In this document: positions 20,351 to 29,571 of the stretch, piece by piece
Layout of the letters: the number at the start of each line of letters is the position of its first letter
How positions within the stretch are numbered: position 1 is the stretch's first letter
Source: Thermodesulfobacteriota bacterium
GTDB taxonomy: Bacteria; Desulfobacterota; Desulfobacteria; Desulfobacterales; C00003060
Assembly: GCA_034189385.1 (NCBI GenBank)
Contig: JAXHVD010000014.1
Coordinates: 1-64,000 of the forward strand
Direction: 5' to 3'
Length of the DNA: 64,000 nt
Notes under the pieces: generated by a model
What the model saw: the letters and a program-made list of their open reading frames with translations, nothing else
The model's database searches: none
What the model was told of the DNA's origin: nothing
Program-made: the position numbers and the translations under genes

Positions 20351-20371
20351 AAGCGGTCTGCACTGTTATAG

Positions 20372-20601
20372 TAAAGTTCAAAGCTGAAAGCTCAAAGCTC
20401 AAACAAGAAAACCAAGACCCCCCTTCTGGCCTTCAGCCTTGAGCCTTCAGCTTCTCTCCTTCCCCATTCACCTTTCAGCCTTGAGCCTTCAGCTTCTCTC
20501 CTTCCCCATTCAGCTTTCAGCCTTGAGCCTTCAGCTTCTCTCCTTCCCCATTCACCTTTCAGCCTTGAGCCTTCACAGCTTCTACCCTTCAGCTTTCAGC
20601 T
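20372..20601. repeat. 42-nt tandem repeat (3 copies plus partial) and a short inverted heptamer tract
   Basis: Unit TTCAGCCTTGAGCCTTCAGCTTCTCTCCTTCCCCATTCA(C/G)CT at 20432, 20474, 20516; AAAGCTG/AAAGCTC tract at 20372-20402. Confidence 0.9.
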
Positions 20602-20609
20602 CTTGCCCA

Positions 20610-21785
20610 TCAGCTTCTCTCCCTCAGCTTTGGATTCAGCGCGTCGCGAAGGCCTTCCCCAAAAAGATTAAAGGATAGCACCACGACTAAGATGGCAAGG
20701 CCGGGCACAAAGGTCAGCCAGGGGGCATCAAAGATAAAGCCCTTCCCGTCAGAAAGGATGTTTCCCCACGTGGCATGGGGAGGGGGCACGCCAAAACCGA
20801 GAAAACTCAACCCCGCTTCCGTTAAGATGGCACTGGCGATACCGATGGTGGCTGAAACCAGCACCGGGGCCATGGCGTTGGGCATCATGTGGCGGAAGAT
20901 GATCCGAAAGCTCCCCACACCAAGGGCCCTGGCCGCTGTGACAAAGTCTTGTTCCCGAAGGGAGAGAAATTCCGCCCGGACAAACCGGGCAGCCCCCATC
21001 CAACTCGTCAACCCGATGACAATCATGATATTATAGATGCTTGCCGGCAGCAGTGCCACTACCGTGAGAATCAGGAAAAAACTTGGAAAACAGAGCATGA
21101 TATCCACAAGCCGCATGATCACCGTATCGACAGAGAGGGTCTCTCTGTTCAAGGCCCGCAGCCATACTGGCACGGGACCCGTTGTTGCCGCTTTTCTTCT
21201 AAACAGGGCATAGGCAAAAAGGCCAAGACCGAGAAGAAGTATCACGGTTCCTGAAATCAGCCCCCCCCCTGCCATCACGCCGGCTCCGGTGCAAGCGATT
21301 AAGATTGAAAGCAGATGGTCGACCCTCACATGGCTCTCTCCAAAAAATCCCGCTATGCCCCCCATGAATATGCCGATGAAGACAGAGATGCCCACGGCCA
21401 CAAATCCCACGGTAAGAGATACCCACGCGCCCTGAAGCATTCTGGCAAATACGTCCCGTCCCAGGTCATCGGTCCCTAGCACGTAAACGCCAAGGAGAGG
21501 GGCTTCTTCGGGCGTCAACGACTCCAGGTGGGGGTTGGATAGAGGCGGTCGCAGCTTTTCCTGGAGCCGCACCTGGGCAGGATCGAGGAAAGGGGCGCGA
21601 CCTGACGTCAAAACGAGCCCTGTGAGGGCTACAAAAAAGAAGACGACAAAGATCATCAGTCCTGCCATGGCGAGACGATTCTGTCTGAATAGCTGCCAGA
21701 ATGCCTGGGCTCTTGTCTGTTTGGGGACCAGAGGCGCCCCCATGGAACGATCACCACTGAGCAAATCAGGAGGCACTTTTGTCAT
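20610..21785 (-). CDS. Peptide ABC permease (OppC/DppC-like)
   Basis: LGTDDLGRD, EQDFVTAARALG, PPHATWG. Confidence 0.92.
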   Translation of the reverse strand: MTKVPPDLLSGDRSMGAPLVPKQTRAQAFWQLFRQNRLAMAGLMIFVVFFFVALTGLVLTSGRAPFLDPAQVRLQEKLRPPLSNPHLESLTPEEAPLLGVYVLGTDDLGRDVFARMLQGAWVSLTVGFVAVGISVFIGIFMGGIAGFFGESHVRVDHLLSILIACTGAGVMAGGGLISGTVILLLGLGLFAYALFRRKAATTGPVPVWLRALNRETLSVDTVIMRLVDIMLCFPSFFLILTVVALLPASIYNIMIVIGLTSWMGAARFVRAEFLSLREQDFVTAARALGVGSFRIIFRHMMPNAMAPVLVSATIGIASAILTEAGLSFLGFGVPPPHATWGNILSDGKGFIFDAPWLTFVPGLAILVVVLSFNLFGEGLRDALNPKLRERS

Positions 21786-22741
21786 AGTCGTATCCTCGGG
21801 TCCACTACCAGATAGAGGAGATCTGAGACAAAGGTTCCGGCCAGAACGAGCACTGCGGACATAAAGTTCACCGTGAGGATGACCGCGTAATCGCGCGCCA
21901 GAATGGCCTCATAGGCCATCCTTCCCATCCCCGGCCAGGAGAAAATCGATTCGATGATCACAGAACCACCGATCAGGCCCGGCAAGATAAGGCCGAACAT
22001 GGTCACAAAAGGGAGCAATGCATTGCGCAAGGCATGTTTGTAATGCACCTGTTCCGGGGGAAGTCCCTTGGCCTTGGCAGTGCGCACATAGTCCTGGCCC
22101 TCCACTTCCAGCATCTGACCACGCACATATCTGGAAAGCACTGCAATGCCACCAGTAGCACCGAGCACCGATGGAAGCAGCAGGTGCCATACCCGGTCCA
22201 TGAGCGCATTGGGCCAGGTTGCCTCCCCGAGTCCGAAGGTCTCCATCCCGATGACCGGTACATGGAAGGTGTTCACCACGAAGATGATCAGCACATAGGC
22301 AAAGAAAAAGCCCGGGATGGAGATCAACAAATAGGAAAAAAAAGTGGTGCTTCGATCGTAGAGCCCTCCCCTGAAAATGGCCGCGCGAATCCCCACTGGA
22401 AACGACAGGGTCCAGGTGATGAGGGTACCCACCACAAAAAGAGGGAGGCTATTCAAGAATCGCTCCCAGATTTTCCAGAGAACCGATTGGTTATCTTTCC
22501 AAGAAACCGTTTTTCCTGTGAAGAGATCCCGATAGAAGTAAAGGTATTGGACATGTAAGGGCTCATCAAGATGGAAGGCCTTTTGAAATCGCTCCACCAT
22601 CTCTGGTGTAAACTTCGGATTCAGGGGGTCTACCTGGCTTGGCTCGCCTGGGGCCAGGTGGATGATCAAAAACGAGACCACGGAAACAAAAAACAGGGTG
22701 ATGATCTTCTGCATGATGCTGCGGCCAATAAACGATAGCAA
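21782..22741 (-). CDS. Peptide ABC permease (OppB/DppB-like)
   Basis: QDYVRTAKAKGL, IIESIFSWPGMG, DPRIR; TTG start inferred. Confidence 0.92.
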   Translation of the reverse strand: MLSFIGRSIMQKIITLFFVSVVSFLIIHLAPGEPSQVDPLNPKFTPEMVERFQKAFHLDEPLHVQYLYFYRDLFTGKTVSWKDNQSVLWKIWERFLNSLPLFVVGTLITWTLSFPVGIRAAIFRGGLYDRSTTFFSYLLISIPGFFFAYVLIIFVVNTFHVPVIGMETFGLGEATWPNALMDRVWHLLLPSVLGATGGIAVLSRYVRGQMLEVEGQDYVRTAKAKGLPPEQVHYKHALRNALLPFVTMFGLILPGLIGGSVIIESIFSWPGMGRMAYEAILARDYAVILTVNFMSAVLVLAGTFVSDLLYLVVDPRIRL

Positions 22742-22745
22742 GGCT

Positions 22746-24878
22746 CTAGCCCTCCACGGCAAAAATGGGTGTATGTGTAAGTTTAATCCATTTATTAAAA
22801 TAGAAGGTAAAGGTTCCGGTCTTGGTGGGGGTAATCTTCCTGTAAAAGGGGGCCCCCTCTGCGTCCCTTTCTAGAATCACGATCCGCTTGTCCAGTAGCG
22901 CCGTCCACTTGCCAACATACAAAAAAGTGTAGGGCTGCTCCTCAGCAATGATCGCGTGGAGTCTATGGCAATAGGCCACCTGCTTGTGGTGGTCATATTC
23001 CTGTCGGATCCTAATGATCAGATCATCGGCCTCTTGGTTCTGGAACCCCACGAAGTTGAGCTGGTGCGGATGTGTCTGGCTGGAATGCCATATCTGATAC
23101 AGGTCAGGGTCTATCCCCATGCTCCAGCCCAAGACAAGCGCATCAAAATCACCCTTGTTTACCCTTTCCTGAATGAAAACCGCCCATTCCAGAAGATCGG
23201 TCTGGACGTCTATACCGATCCGCTTCCATCCATCCTGGGCAATAGCCAAAATCGCTTTTCGAAGGTTGTTGCCACTATTGGTAATGAGGGTAAACTGAAA
23301 TCTGGTCCCGTCCTTTTCAAGCCAGCCCTTTGGGCCACGCTCCCACCCTGCTTGTTTTAGAAGCTTCAACGCCCCTTGGGGATCATAGGCCAGGGGCTTA
23401 ATGATATTATTATAGTAATCGGTCTGCTTGACGAAAGGCCCTGTGATCCGCTCCCCCTGTCCGTGCAGGACGTAGGCGATAATCTTGTCCACATCAATGG
23501 CCATGGCAAGGGCTCGGCGCACCCGCCGGTCATTGAACGGTTCCCGTCGCATGTTATAGCCAATGTATGTATAGCCAAAGGAAAGACCTGAGAAGTTTTG
23601 GTACTGTGGCTCTTGTTTCAAACGTTCCACCTGGTGAGGCTGGACGCTGTAGCTGTCAATGGTGCCGGCGTAAAACTCCATCTCCTGCGTCAGGAGGTCC
23701 GGCACGATCCGATAGGTGTATCGCTTGTAGTTTGGGGCACCTTCCCAATAGTCCTCAAAAGAATCCAAAAGGATATACTGATCTGATTTCCACTCCCGAA
23801 ACATGAAAGGACCGCACCCTATAGGATGGCGGCTGAAGCCGCTCTGCCGCATGGTGAAGTCTTCAGGCCCCTTGCCCAGGCCAAGGGCCTCTTCTTTCAA
23901 GGCTTGGTCATTTAAGAGATGCTCAGGAAGGATGCCCATCCCCCACGTGCCCAAGGCCGGGGAATAGAGCCGCTTATAGACTATACGAACGGTGAGTGGA
24001 TCCGTCACCTCAACGCCTTTGACCGGTTCGTAGTCTGAAACCCGAGGCGATAGATTCCTTGGGTCCATAATGGCTTCATAGGTAAACTTCACGTCATTGG
24101 CGTCTAAGAGATGTCCATCATGAAATGTCACCCCAGGACGCAGATGAAAGACCACCACGGGATTGTGTTCTGTAGTGGGCAATACCTCTTTTGCGTACTC
24201 GGCCCTTTTCTCTTTCCACGCCTCTTGGTCGACGGTGACACGGTCTTCCCCTCTAAAGGAGCTGAAGTAATCCTTGCCCAAGATGGCCGATAAACTCGTG
24301 AAGAGATCCTGATCCACGTTCTTGAGGACGAGCTTGAGCCGTACCGGCGCCGCCACCTTGATGGTTACCTCGGTCTCGCCATCGTCCCTTTCCCCCTTCT
24401 CACGCCTGACCACCGAGAACTCTCGGGCCGGGAGTAGGGCTATCTCCTGGATATTGTCCAAAGAGGCCTTCACTTCGGAAGCCATTGCCAATTGGCCATC
24501 CTTGGCCCGTTGGATATACTCCGCCACTTCCCGGCCCCCTGCCCTCCCCAAGCCCGGCACGCTGGCGGCTTCATTTACACAAAAAAAGGCCTCTTCGTAT
24601 AAGTCCCAGGACGTAGCAAGCCGGCCCCTGAAACGGAGCTCTTCATCCCGATCAATGAGCCCCTCAAATACCATGGACTCAATGTCACTGCTGGCTGAAT
24701 CTGCTGAAAGGATGGGGTTCAGGATGCTGGCATCGCCAATGGAAGCCGTAATGTACTCATGGAGGCGGTCCGGGTTACCCCTAGTTTGCTCTTCATAGGT
24801 GGGAACCCAGAAATAGGACTGCAACAAGAAGAGGATGACTACAGTGGGAGCAAAGATGAGAAGCCTGCGGACAGTCAT
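22746..24878 (-). CDS. Peptide ABC substrate-binding protein (family 5) with large insertion
   Basis: LNPILS, FHLRPGVTFHDG..DVKFT, PIGCGPF; N-terminal hydrophobic anchor. Confidence 0.9.
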   Translation of the reverse strand: MTVRRLLIFAPTVVILFLLQSYFWVPTYEEQTRGNPDRLHEYITASIGDASILNPILSADSASSDIESMVFEGLIDRDEELRFRGRLATSWDLYEEAFFCVNEAASVPGLGRAGGREVAEYIQRAKDGQLAMASEVKASLDNIQEIALLPAREFSVVRREKGERDDGETEVTIKVAAPVRLKLVLKNVDQDLFTSLSAILGKDYFSSFRGEDRVTVDQEAWKEKRAEYAKEVLPTTEHNPVVVFHLRPGVTFHDGHLLDANDVKFTYEAIMDPRNLSPRVSDYEPVKGVEVTDPLTVRIVYKRLYSPALGTWGMGILPEHLLNDQALKEEALGLGKGPEDFTMRQSGFSRHPIGCGPFMFREWKSDQYILLDSFEDYWEGAPNYKRYTYRIVPDLLTQEMEFYAGTIDSYSVQPHQVERLKQEPQYQNFSGLSFGYTYIGYNMRREPFNDRRVRRALAMAIDVDKIIAYVLHGQGERITGPFVKQTDYYNNIIKPLAYDPQGALKLLKQAGWERGPKGWLEKDGTRFQFTLITNSGNNLRKAILAIAQDGWKRIGIDVQTDLLEWAVFIQERVNKGDFDALVLGWSMGIDPDLYQIWHSSQTHPHQLNFVGFQNQEADDLIIRIRQEYDHHKQVAYCHRLHAIIAEEQPYTFLYVGKWTALLDKRIVILERDAEGAPFYRKITPTKTGTFTFYFNKWIKLTHTPIFAVEG

Positions 24879-25117
24879 GGCCCCCAAGATATTAAATGGG
24901 AACAAAGAGAGTCAACAGAAAAGCCGCGCCCCCTTTTGTGGAACAAAATAGTTTGATATTGCCTGCTGTTGGGAATATGGTGGCAGAGGCCAGTGTCCAC
25001 CATCAACGGGCTTTTCAACCTACATATCTTCGAGCGGTTCGTTGAGCCGGTCTTGTCCATACATCTTGGCAAACCGGACTGGAGCAAGCTTCAAAGGTAA
25101 ACAAAGGAGTCTCCCAT

Positions 25118-25885
25118 ATGAAAATCGGCGCCATGAATAATCCCGCTGCTTCTTTGTACGACGAGATCGAGGCATTTGGAAAGGCCCAGTACGATTTTAT
25201 AGACCTCACCATTGAGGGACCTTGTCTTGATGTTGATGTTGAGCAGGTACAGAGACTCCTTGATGATCATGGCCTCTTCGTCGTGGGCCACACAGACCCC
25301 TGTCTCCCTTACGCCTACCCCATCAAGGGAGTTCGAGAGGCCTGCTTTAAGGAACTGGAGCGCTGTGCCAGGATCTTTTCATCTTTGGGTGCAACGATCA
25401 TGAATATCCACCCCTGTTATGGGGCCCCGCCTTGCATGAAGCAGGACCTTGTAGACCTAAATACTGAAGCCCTCAAGCCGATTGCTGAGATGGCTGACAG
25501 CTTCGGGCTTTGCCTTGTATTGGAAAACTTCAAGGCCCCCTTTGACCGTGTCTCCACCTATGAGAAGATCCTGTCGGCAGTGCCAAAGCTCAAGGTGCAT
25601 CTGGACCTGGGCCACACCAATTTCGGGGCTGACAACGAAGAGGTCTTCTGCAGGCACCTGGGGAACCATATTAAGCATGTCCATTTTTCTGACAATCGCT
25701 CTGTCCAAGATGATCATATGCCCCTCGGGGTGGGAAACGTAGACTGGCAAAGGGCTGTAGCCTCCTTGAAAAAGATAGGATACGACGGGACCATTACCCT
25801 GGAGGTCTTCTGCGGCTCTGGAGCGGTCATGTTTGATTATCTGGAAATCAGCAGAAATCTTGTATTGGACCTGTGGCATCAGTAG
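25118..25885 (+). CDS. Sugar-phosphate isomerase/epimerase (AP endonuclease 2 family TIM barrel)
   Basis: LEN, LDLGH, HVHFSDN, DHMPLG.G, TLEVF. Confidence 0.85.
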   Translation: MKIGAMNNPAASLYDEIEAFGKAQYDFIDLTIEGPCLDVDVEQVQRLLDDHGLFVVGHTDPCLPYAYPIKGVREACFKELERCARIFSSLGATIMNIHPCYGAPPCMKQDLVDLNTEALKPIAEMADSFGLCLVLENFKAPFDRVSTYEKILSAVPKLKVHLDLGHTNFGADNEEVFCRHLGNHIKHVHFSDNRSVQDDHMPLGVGNVDWQRAVASLKKIGYDGTITLEVFCGSGAVMFDYLEISRNLVLDLWHQ

Positions 25886-25903
25886 CCAAAGGCAAAAGGG
25901 ATT

Positions 25904-26026
25904 GGTAGCGTTCAAGAGTTGAGGCATAAGCTACCTAAAGGCATTGGATGCCGAAGAGAACCGATGATTCCTATCTCGAAGTTAGTTGTCCAGAAATCCA
26001 CTAAGCCAACCCTTTTGAACGTTACT
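25904..26026. mobile_element. MITE family B, internally deleted copy
   Basis: TIR GGTAGCGTTCAAGAG / CTTTTGAACGTTACT; flanks AAGGGATT / AAGGGATC. Confidence 0.85.
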
Positions 26027-26211
26027 AAGGGATCGTTTGAAAGCGATTGCCAGATGTGATATGAGGCAAGAAAAAGTTACCTTCAAGTCGGTCATTTCGG
26101 CCCCATCAGCCGAAGGCCTTGCATCAAGGTTTGACTGAATATACCTATCCTTGGTGCAGCCACCTGAGCCTTCGACTCCCTTTAACACCTATCCAAACAA
26201 GGAGGTGCACT

Positions 26212-27042
26212 ATGGAGCCCATCAAGGTTATGGTTAATGGTCTTCCTGGCAACATGGCCACAAAAGCCGCCGAGCACATCGTGCAGGACCCCGCCATGAA
26301 ACTCCTCCCCTACGCCCTCACCGGTCCGGAGATTACAGCAGCAGAGACCCAGATCGGTCCTGAAAGGGTTCGGCTCATCTTGCCGGACAGGCGAAAAGAG
26401 GCCATCGATTCTGTGAAGGCATCAGAGGGGGACTTCATCTCCGTTGACTACACCCATCCCAGTGCCGTGAACGACAATGCCTCCTTTTACTGTGAAAACA
26501 ACATGCCCTTTGTCATGGGTACCACAGGGGGTGACAGGAAGCTCTTGACCGACACGGTCACAGGCTCTTCAATAGCAGCAGTGATTGCCCCAAACATGGG
26601 CGCCCAGATTGTAGCCTTTCAGGCCATGATGGAATATGCTGCCCAGACCTTCCCGGGCGTCTTCAAAGGATATCATCTGGGAATCAAGGAGAGCCATCAG
26701 AAGGGGAAGGCGGACACCAGTGGAACGGCCAAGGCCATGATCGGTTACTTCAACAGCCTGGGAATCCCCTTTGAAAAAGAGCAGATCAAGATGGAACGGG
26801 ACCCAGAGGTTCAGCAACATACCTGGGGAATTCCAGAGGCGTATCTTAGCGGCCACGGCTGGCACAACTATACACTCCAGTCCGAAGACGGCACGGTGTT
26901 CTTTCAGTTCACCCACAATGTGAACGGGCGAGACATCTATGCCAAGGGCACCCTGGACGCCATTCATTATCTTGGCAAAAAGGTGGAGCAGGGGGCAAAA
27001 GGCCAGGTATTTTCAATGATAGACGTTCTGAAAGGGGTCTAG
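26212..27042 (+). CDS. dapB: 4-hydroxy-tetrahydrodipicolinate reductase (plant-like subtype)
   Basis: VMVNGLPGNM, VDYTHP, VMGTTGG, ESHQ..KADTSGTAK; AGGAGG SD. Confidence 0.92.
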   Translation: MEPIKVMVNGLPGNMATKAAEHIVQDPAMKLLPYALTGPEITAAETQIGPERVRLILPDRRKEAIDSVKASEGDFISVDYTHPSAVNDNASFYCENNMPFVMGTTGGDRKLLTDTVTGSSIAAVIAPNMGAQIVAFQAMMEYAAQTFPGVFKGYHLGIKESHQKGKADTSGTAKAMIGYFNSLGIPFEKEQIKMERDPEVQQHTWGIPEAYLSGHGWHNYTLQSEDGTVFFQFTHNVNGRDIYAKGTLDAIHYLGKKVEQGAKGQVFSMIDVLKGV

Positions 27043-27044
27043 GC

Positions 27045-28310
27045 ATGCGCGAGGTCATCGCCCTTGTGATGGCTGGCGGTAAGGGGGAGCGCCTCTACCC
27101 GCTGACACGGGACCGATCCAAGCCGGCGGTCCCCTTTGGGGGGATATACCGCATCATAGACGTCACCCTGAGCAACTGCGTTAATTCTAACATCTACAAG
27201 ATCATCGTATTGCCTCAGTACAAGGCCCAGTCCCTAGTAGAGCATCTTGAAGTGGGATGGAACATATTCAGTTATGCCCTTGGCCATTATCTGAAGGTTG
27301 TGCATCCCCAAATGCGCACGGGGGACCAATGGTACCAGGGCACCGCAGATTCGGTGCGTCAAAACCTTTATCTCATAGAACGAGAAGCCCCAGAACAGAT
27401 ACTCGTCCTTTCAGGCGATCATGTCTACAAGATGGACTATGCCCGCCTCAAGAACTTTCACCGGGAAAAAGATGCAGACATTACCATCTCGGTCATCGAA
27501 GTGCCTGCCCACGACACCCATCGCTTTGGCATATTAGAGGTCTCTACTGACTATCGGGTCACGGGCTTTCAAGAAAAGCCCCGATCGCCCGCCACTATCC
27601 CTGGCGACCCTGAACACGCCTTGGCGTCCATGGGCATCTATATCTTCAAGGCCTCTGTTTTAATAGACTTGCTGAAGTCTTCAGAGGGTGATGACTTTGG
27701 CAAACACATCATCCCTCAGGCACTGGACCGATACTCCCTTTACGCCTTCCCCTACAAGAAGGAGAATCGGATTGAGGACTTTGTCTACACCATCCGTGAG
27801 GATGGGAGCCGGGTGCGCGTGTTGCAGTCGTGCGTAGATGACTCCTCGTACTGGCGGGATGTGGGGGACCTAGACGCTTACTGGAACGCGAACATGGATT
27901 TGACCGGTGTGGAGCCGGCATTTAACGTCTATGGATCCAAATGGCCCCTTCGAACCTTTCAGGCCCCCTATCCGCCGGTAAAGACCGTCTTTCAGAACAA
28001 GTCTGCCAACAGGATAGGCATGTCACTCGATTCTATTGTATCACACGGGACCATCATCAGCGGCGGGATTGTAAAGAACTCCGTCCTCTCCTACAACGTG
28101 ATGGTAAGAAGCTGGGCAGAGGTACGAGAATCGGTGATCATGTCAGACGTAGAGATTGGCCGCCACTGCAAGATCATGAAGGCCATTATCGACAAAGGGA
28201 ACACGATACCGCCAAACACGGAAATCGGGTATGACCCGGAAAACGACCGGAAGAAATTTACGGTAACGCCTCGGGGCATTGTGGTGGTGCCAAAAGGGAC
28301 CTTTGCATAA
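27045..28310 (+). CDS. glgC: Glucose-1-phosphate adenylyltransferase
   Basis: AGGKGERLYPLT..RSKPAVPFGG, WYQGTAD, SGDHVYKMDY, YWRDVG. Confidence 0.95.
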   Translation: MREVIALVMAGGKGERLYPLTRDRSKPAVPFGGIYRIIDVTLSNCVNSNIYKIIVLPQYKAQSLVEHLEVGWNIFSYALGHYLKVVHPQMRTGDQWYQGTADSVRQNLYLIEREAPEQILVLSGDHVYKMDYARLKNFHREKDADITISVIEVPAHDTHRFGILEVSTDYRVTGFQEKPRSPATIPGDPEHALASMGIYIFKASVLIDLLKSSEGDDFGKHIIPQALDRYSLYAFPYKKENRIEDFVYTIREDGSRVRVLQSCVDDSSYWRDVGDLDAYWNANMDLTGVEPAFNVYGSKWPLRTFQAPYPPVKTVFQNKSANRIGMSLDSIVSHGTIISGGIVKNSVLSYNVMVRSWAEVRESVIMSDVEIGRHCKIMKAIIDKGNTIPPNTEIGYDPENDRKKFTVTPRGIVVVPKGTFA

Positions 28311-28408
28311 AAAAAGGATGGGGCCTTTGCCCCACCCTTTGATGCCTTCCCAACATATGGAAAGATCCTAGTAACGCATGTTAACACCCGCCTTGTCTGG
28401 ACAGGGCG

Positions 28409-29350
28409 TTACCTGGTTTCGCCATACCGCTGCAGATTATCCTTCACCCTTCGAATACTGCCCAAGCGCTCCTTGATCGCCTGGCGCGTGGCGTCTGATG
28501 CGGCATATTTGGAGGCCTGAGCCAGGTACGATTTTGCCCCCTTTAGATCTGGTATCTCTCCTGTTCTCAACATCTTGTCGGCCAGCTTAATATAATACTT
28601 GGCAACGACGCCATGGGCCTGCCTTTTCGTATAGGTACTCTGTTCCGGCAAACTCTTAATAATCGTAGGATCTGAAAAGGTGGCCACCCGTTTCTTGCCC
28701 ATGGGAGCAAATCTGCCTTGCCACAACTCGATCATTTGCTCTTTCTGTTTAAAGTAGAAGTTGCTCGAGTTGGATAGACTGGCCATGAGAAGAATCACAA
28801 TCACAAGTGCAAACCCCCCAATGGCGTATTTCAACATCCTGTCCATGGGGTCCTCAGGCGGAGGTGTATCAGACGGGGACGAAGGCCCACCCGATGCCTT
28901 TGGTTCGGCAGGATGGGGAGTCCGCTCCGTTTTTTCGACTGGTTTTGACGGCTCCTCATCAAACCGCTTAAAGAGGAGCTTCCTGATCTTCTCTTTGTCT
29001 TGGTCGCTCTTCATGATGTCTTTCTCCTGTGCCCTCAGTTTGCTTTCAGCCCCTGGCTGCTTTTCTTGTTTCTTCAGTAACTCACCGAATCGTTTCCACA
29101 CCTTGTCAGAGACTGGCGCTCCCGCCTTTAGCCCCTCCGCGCCCTGTGCCTTAAACTGCTTCTGCCACCTGTAGTAGGTTGATTGACCAAGGCCAAGCTG
29201 TTTCAACGTAGCCTTTACTGAACCTGAAGACCGTTTAACGCCTTCCAGGATGGCCTTTTTCCTTTCGGCTTCCTGCAAACTGGCTGTTTTCTTTGGCTTT
29301 GCGGGGCTCTTCTTCGTGGATGTAGGCTGGCGCTTGGGACTCTTAGGCAT
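28409..29350 (-). CDS. Membrane-anchored hypothetical protein with N-terminal HTH
   Basis: HTH-like VKATLKQLGLGQSTYYRWQK; Pro-rich linker; single TM segment. Confidence 0.7.
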   Translation of the reverse strand: MPKSPKRQPTSTKKSPAKPKKTASLQEAERKKAILEGVKRSSGSVKATLKQLGLGQSTYYRWQKQFKAQGAEGLKAGAPVSDKVWKRFGELLKKQEKQPGAESKLRAQEKDIMKSDQDKEKIRKLLFKRFDEEPSKPVEKTERTPHPAEPKASGGPSSPSDTPPPEDPMDRMLKYAIGGFALVIVILLMASLSNSSNFYFKQKEQMIELWQGRFAPMGKKRVATFSDPTIIKSLPEQSTYTKRQAHGVVAKYYIKLADKMLRTGEIPDLKGAKSYLAQASKYAASDATRQAIKERLGSIRRVKDNLQRYGETR

Positions 29351-29571
29351 CGGTACCCCACCTCTGCAAATGTGTGTTCGAAAACAACCGCCTTATATAT
29401 GCTACCAGTCTTTTTGTAAAGGAATTTCTTTCTCTATGGCTCGAGATTGTCGGCCAGCACAAGAGACCCTATTCAGTCTTAACCTCTTCTGTCTTCTAGA
29501 AGTTTCCCCTTCCATCCCAACCTGCAACAGGGCAACCACAGACCGCCTCAGCAAATGGGACCGGGCAAGCC

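Noticed and set aside
20432..20575. 42-nt repeats as a CRISPR array
   Set aside because: Units are contiguous with no unique spacers, and there are no cas genes; the 79-aa ORF across them is a repeat artefact
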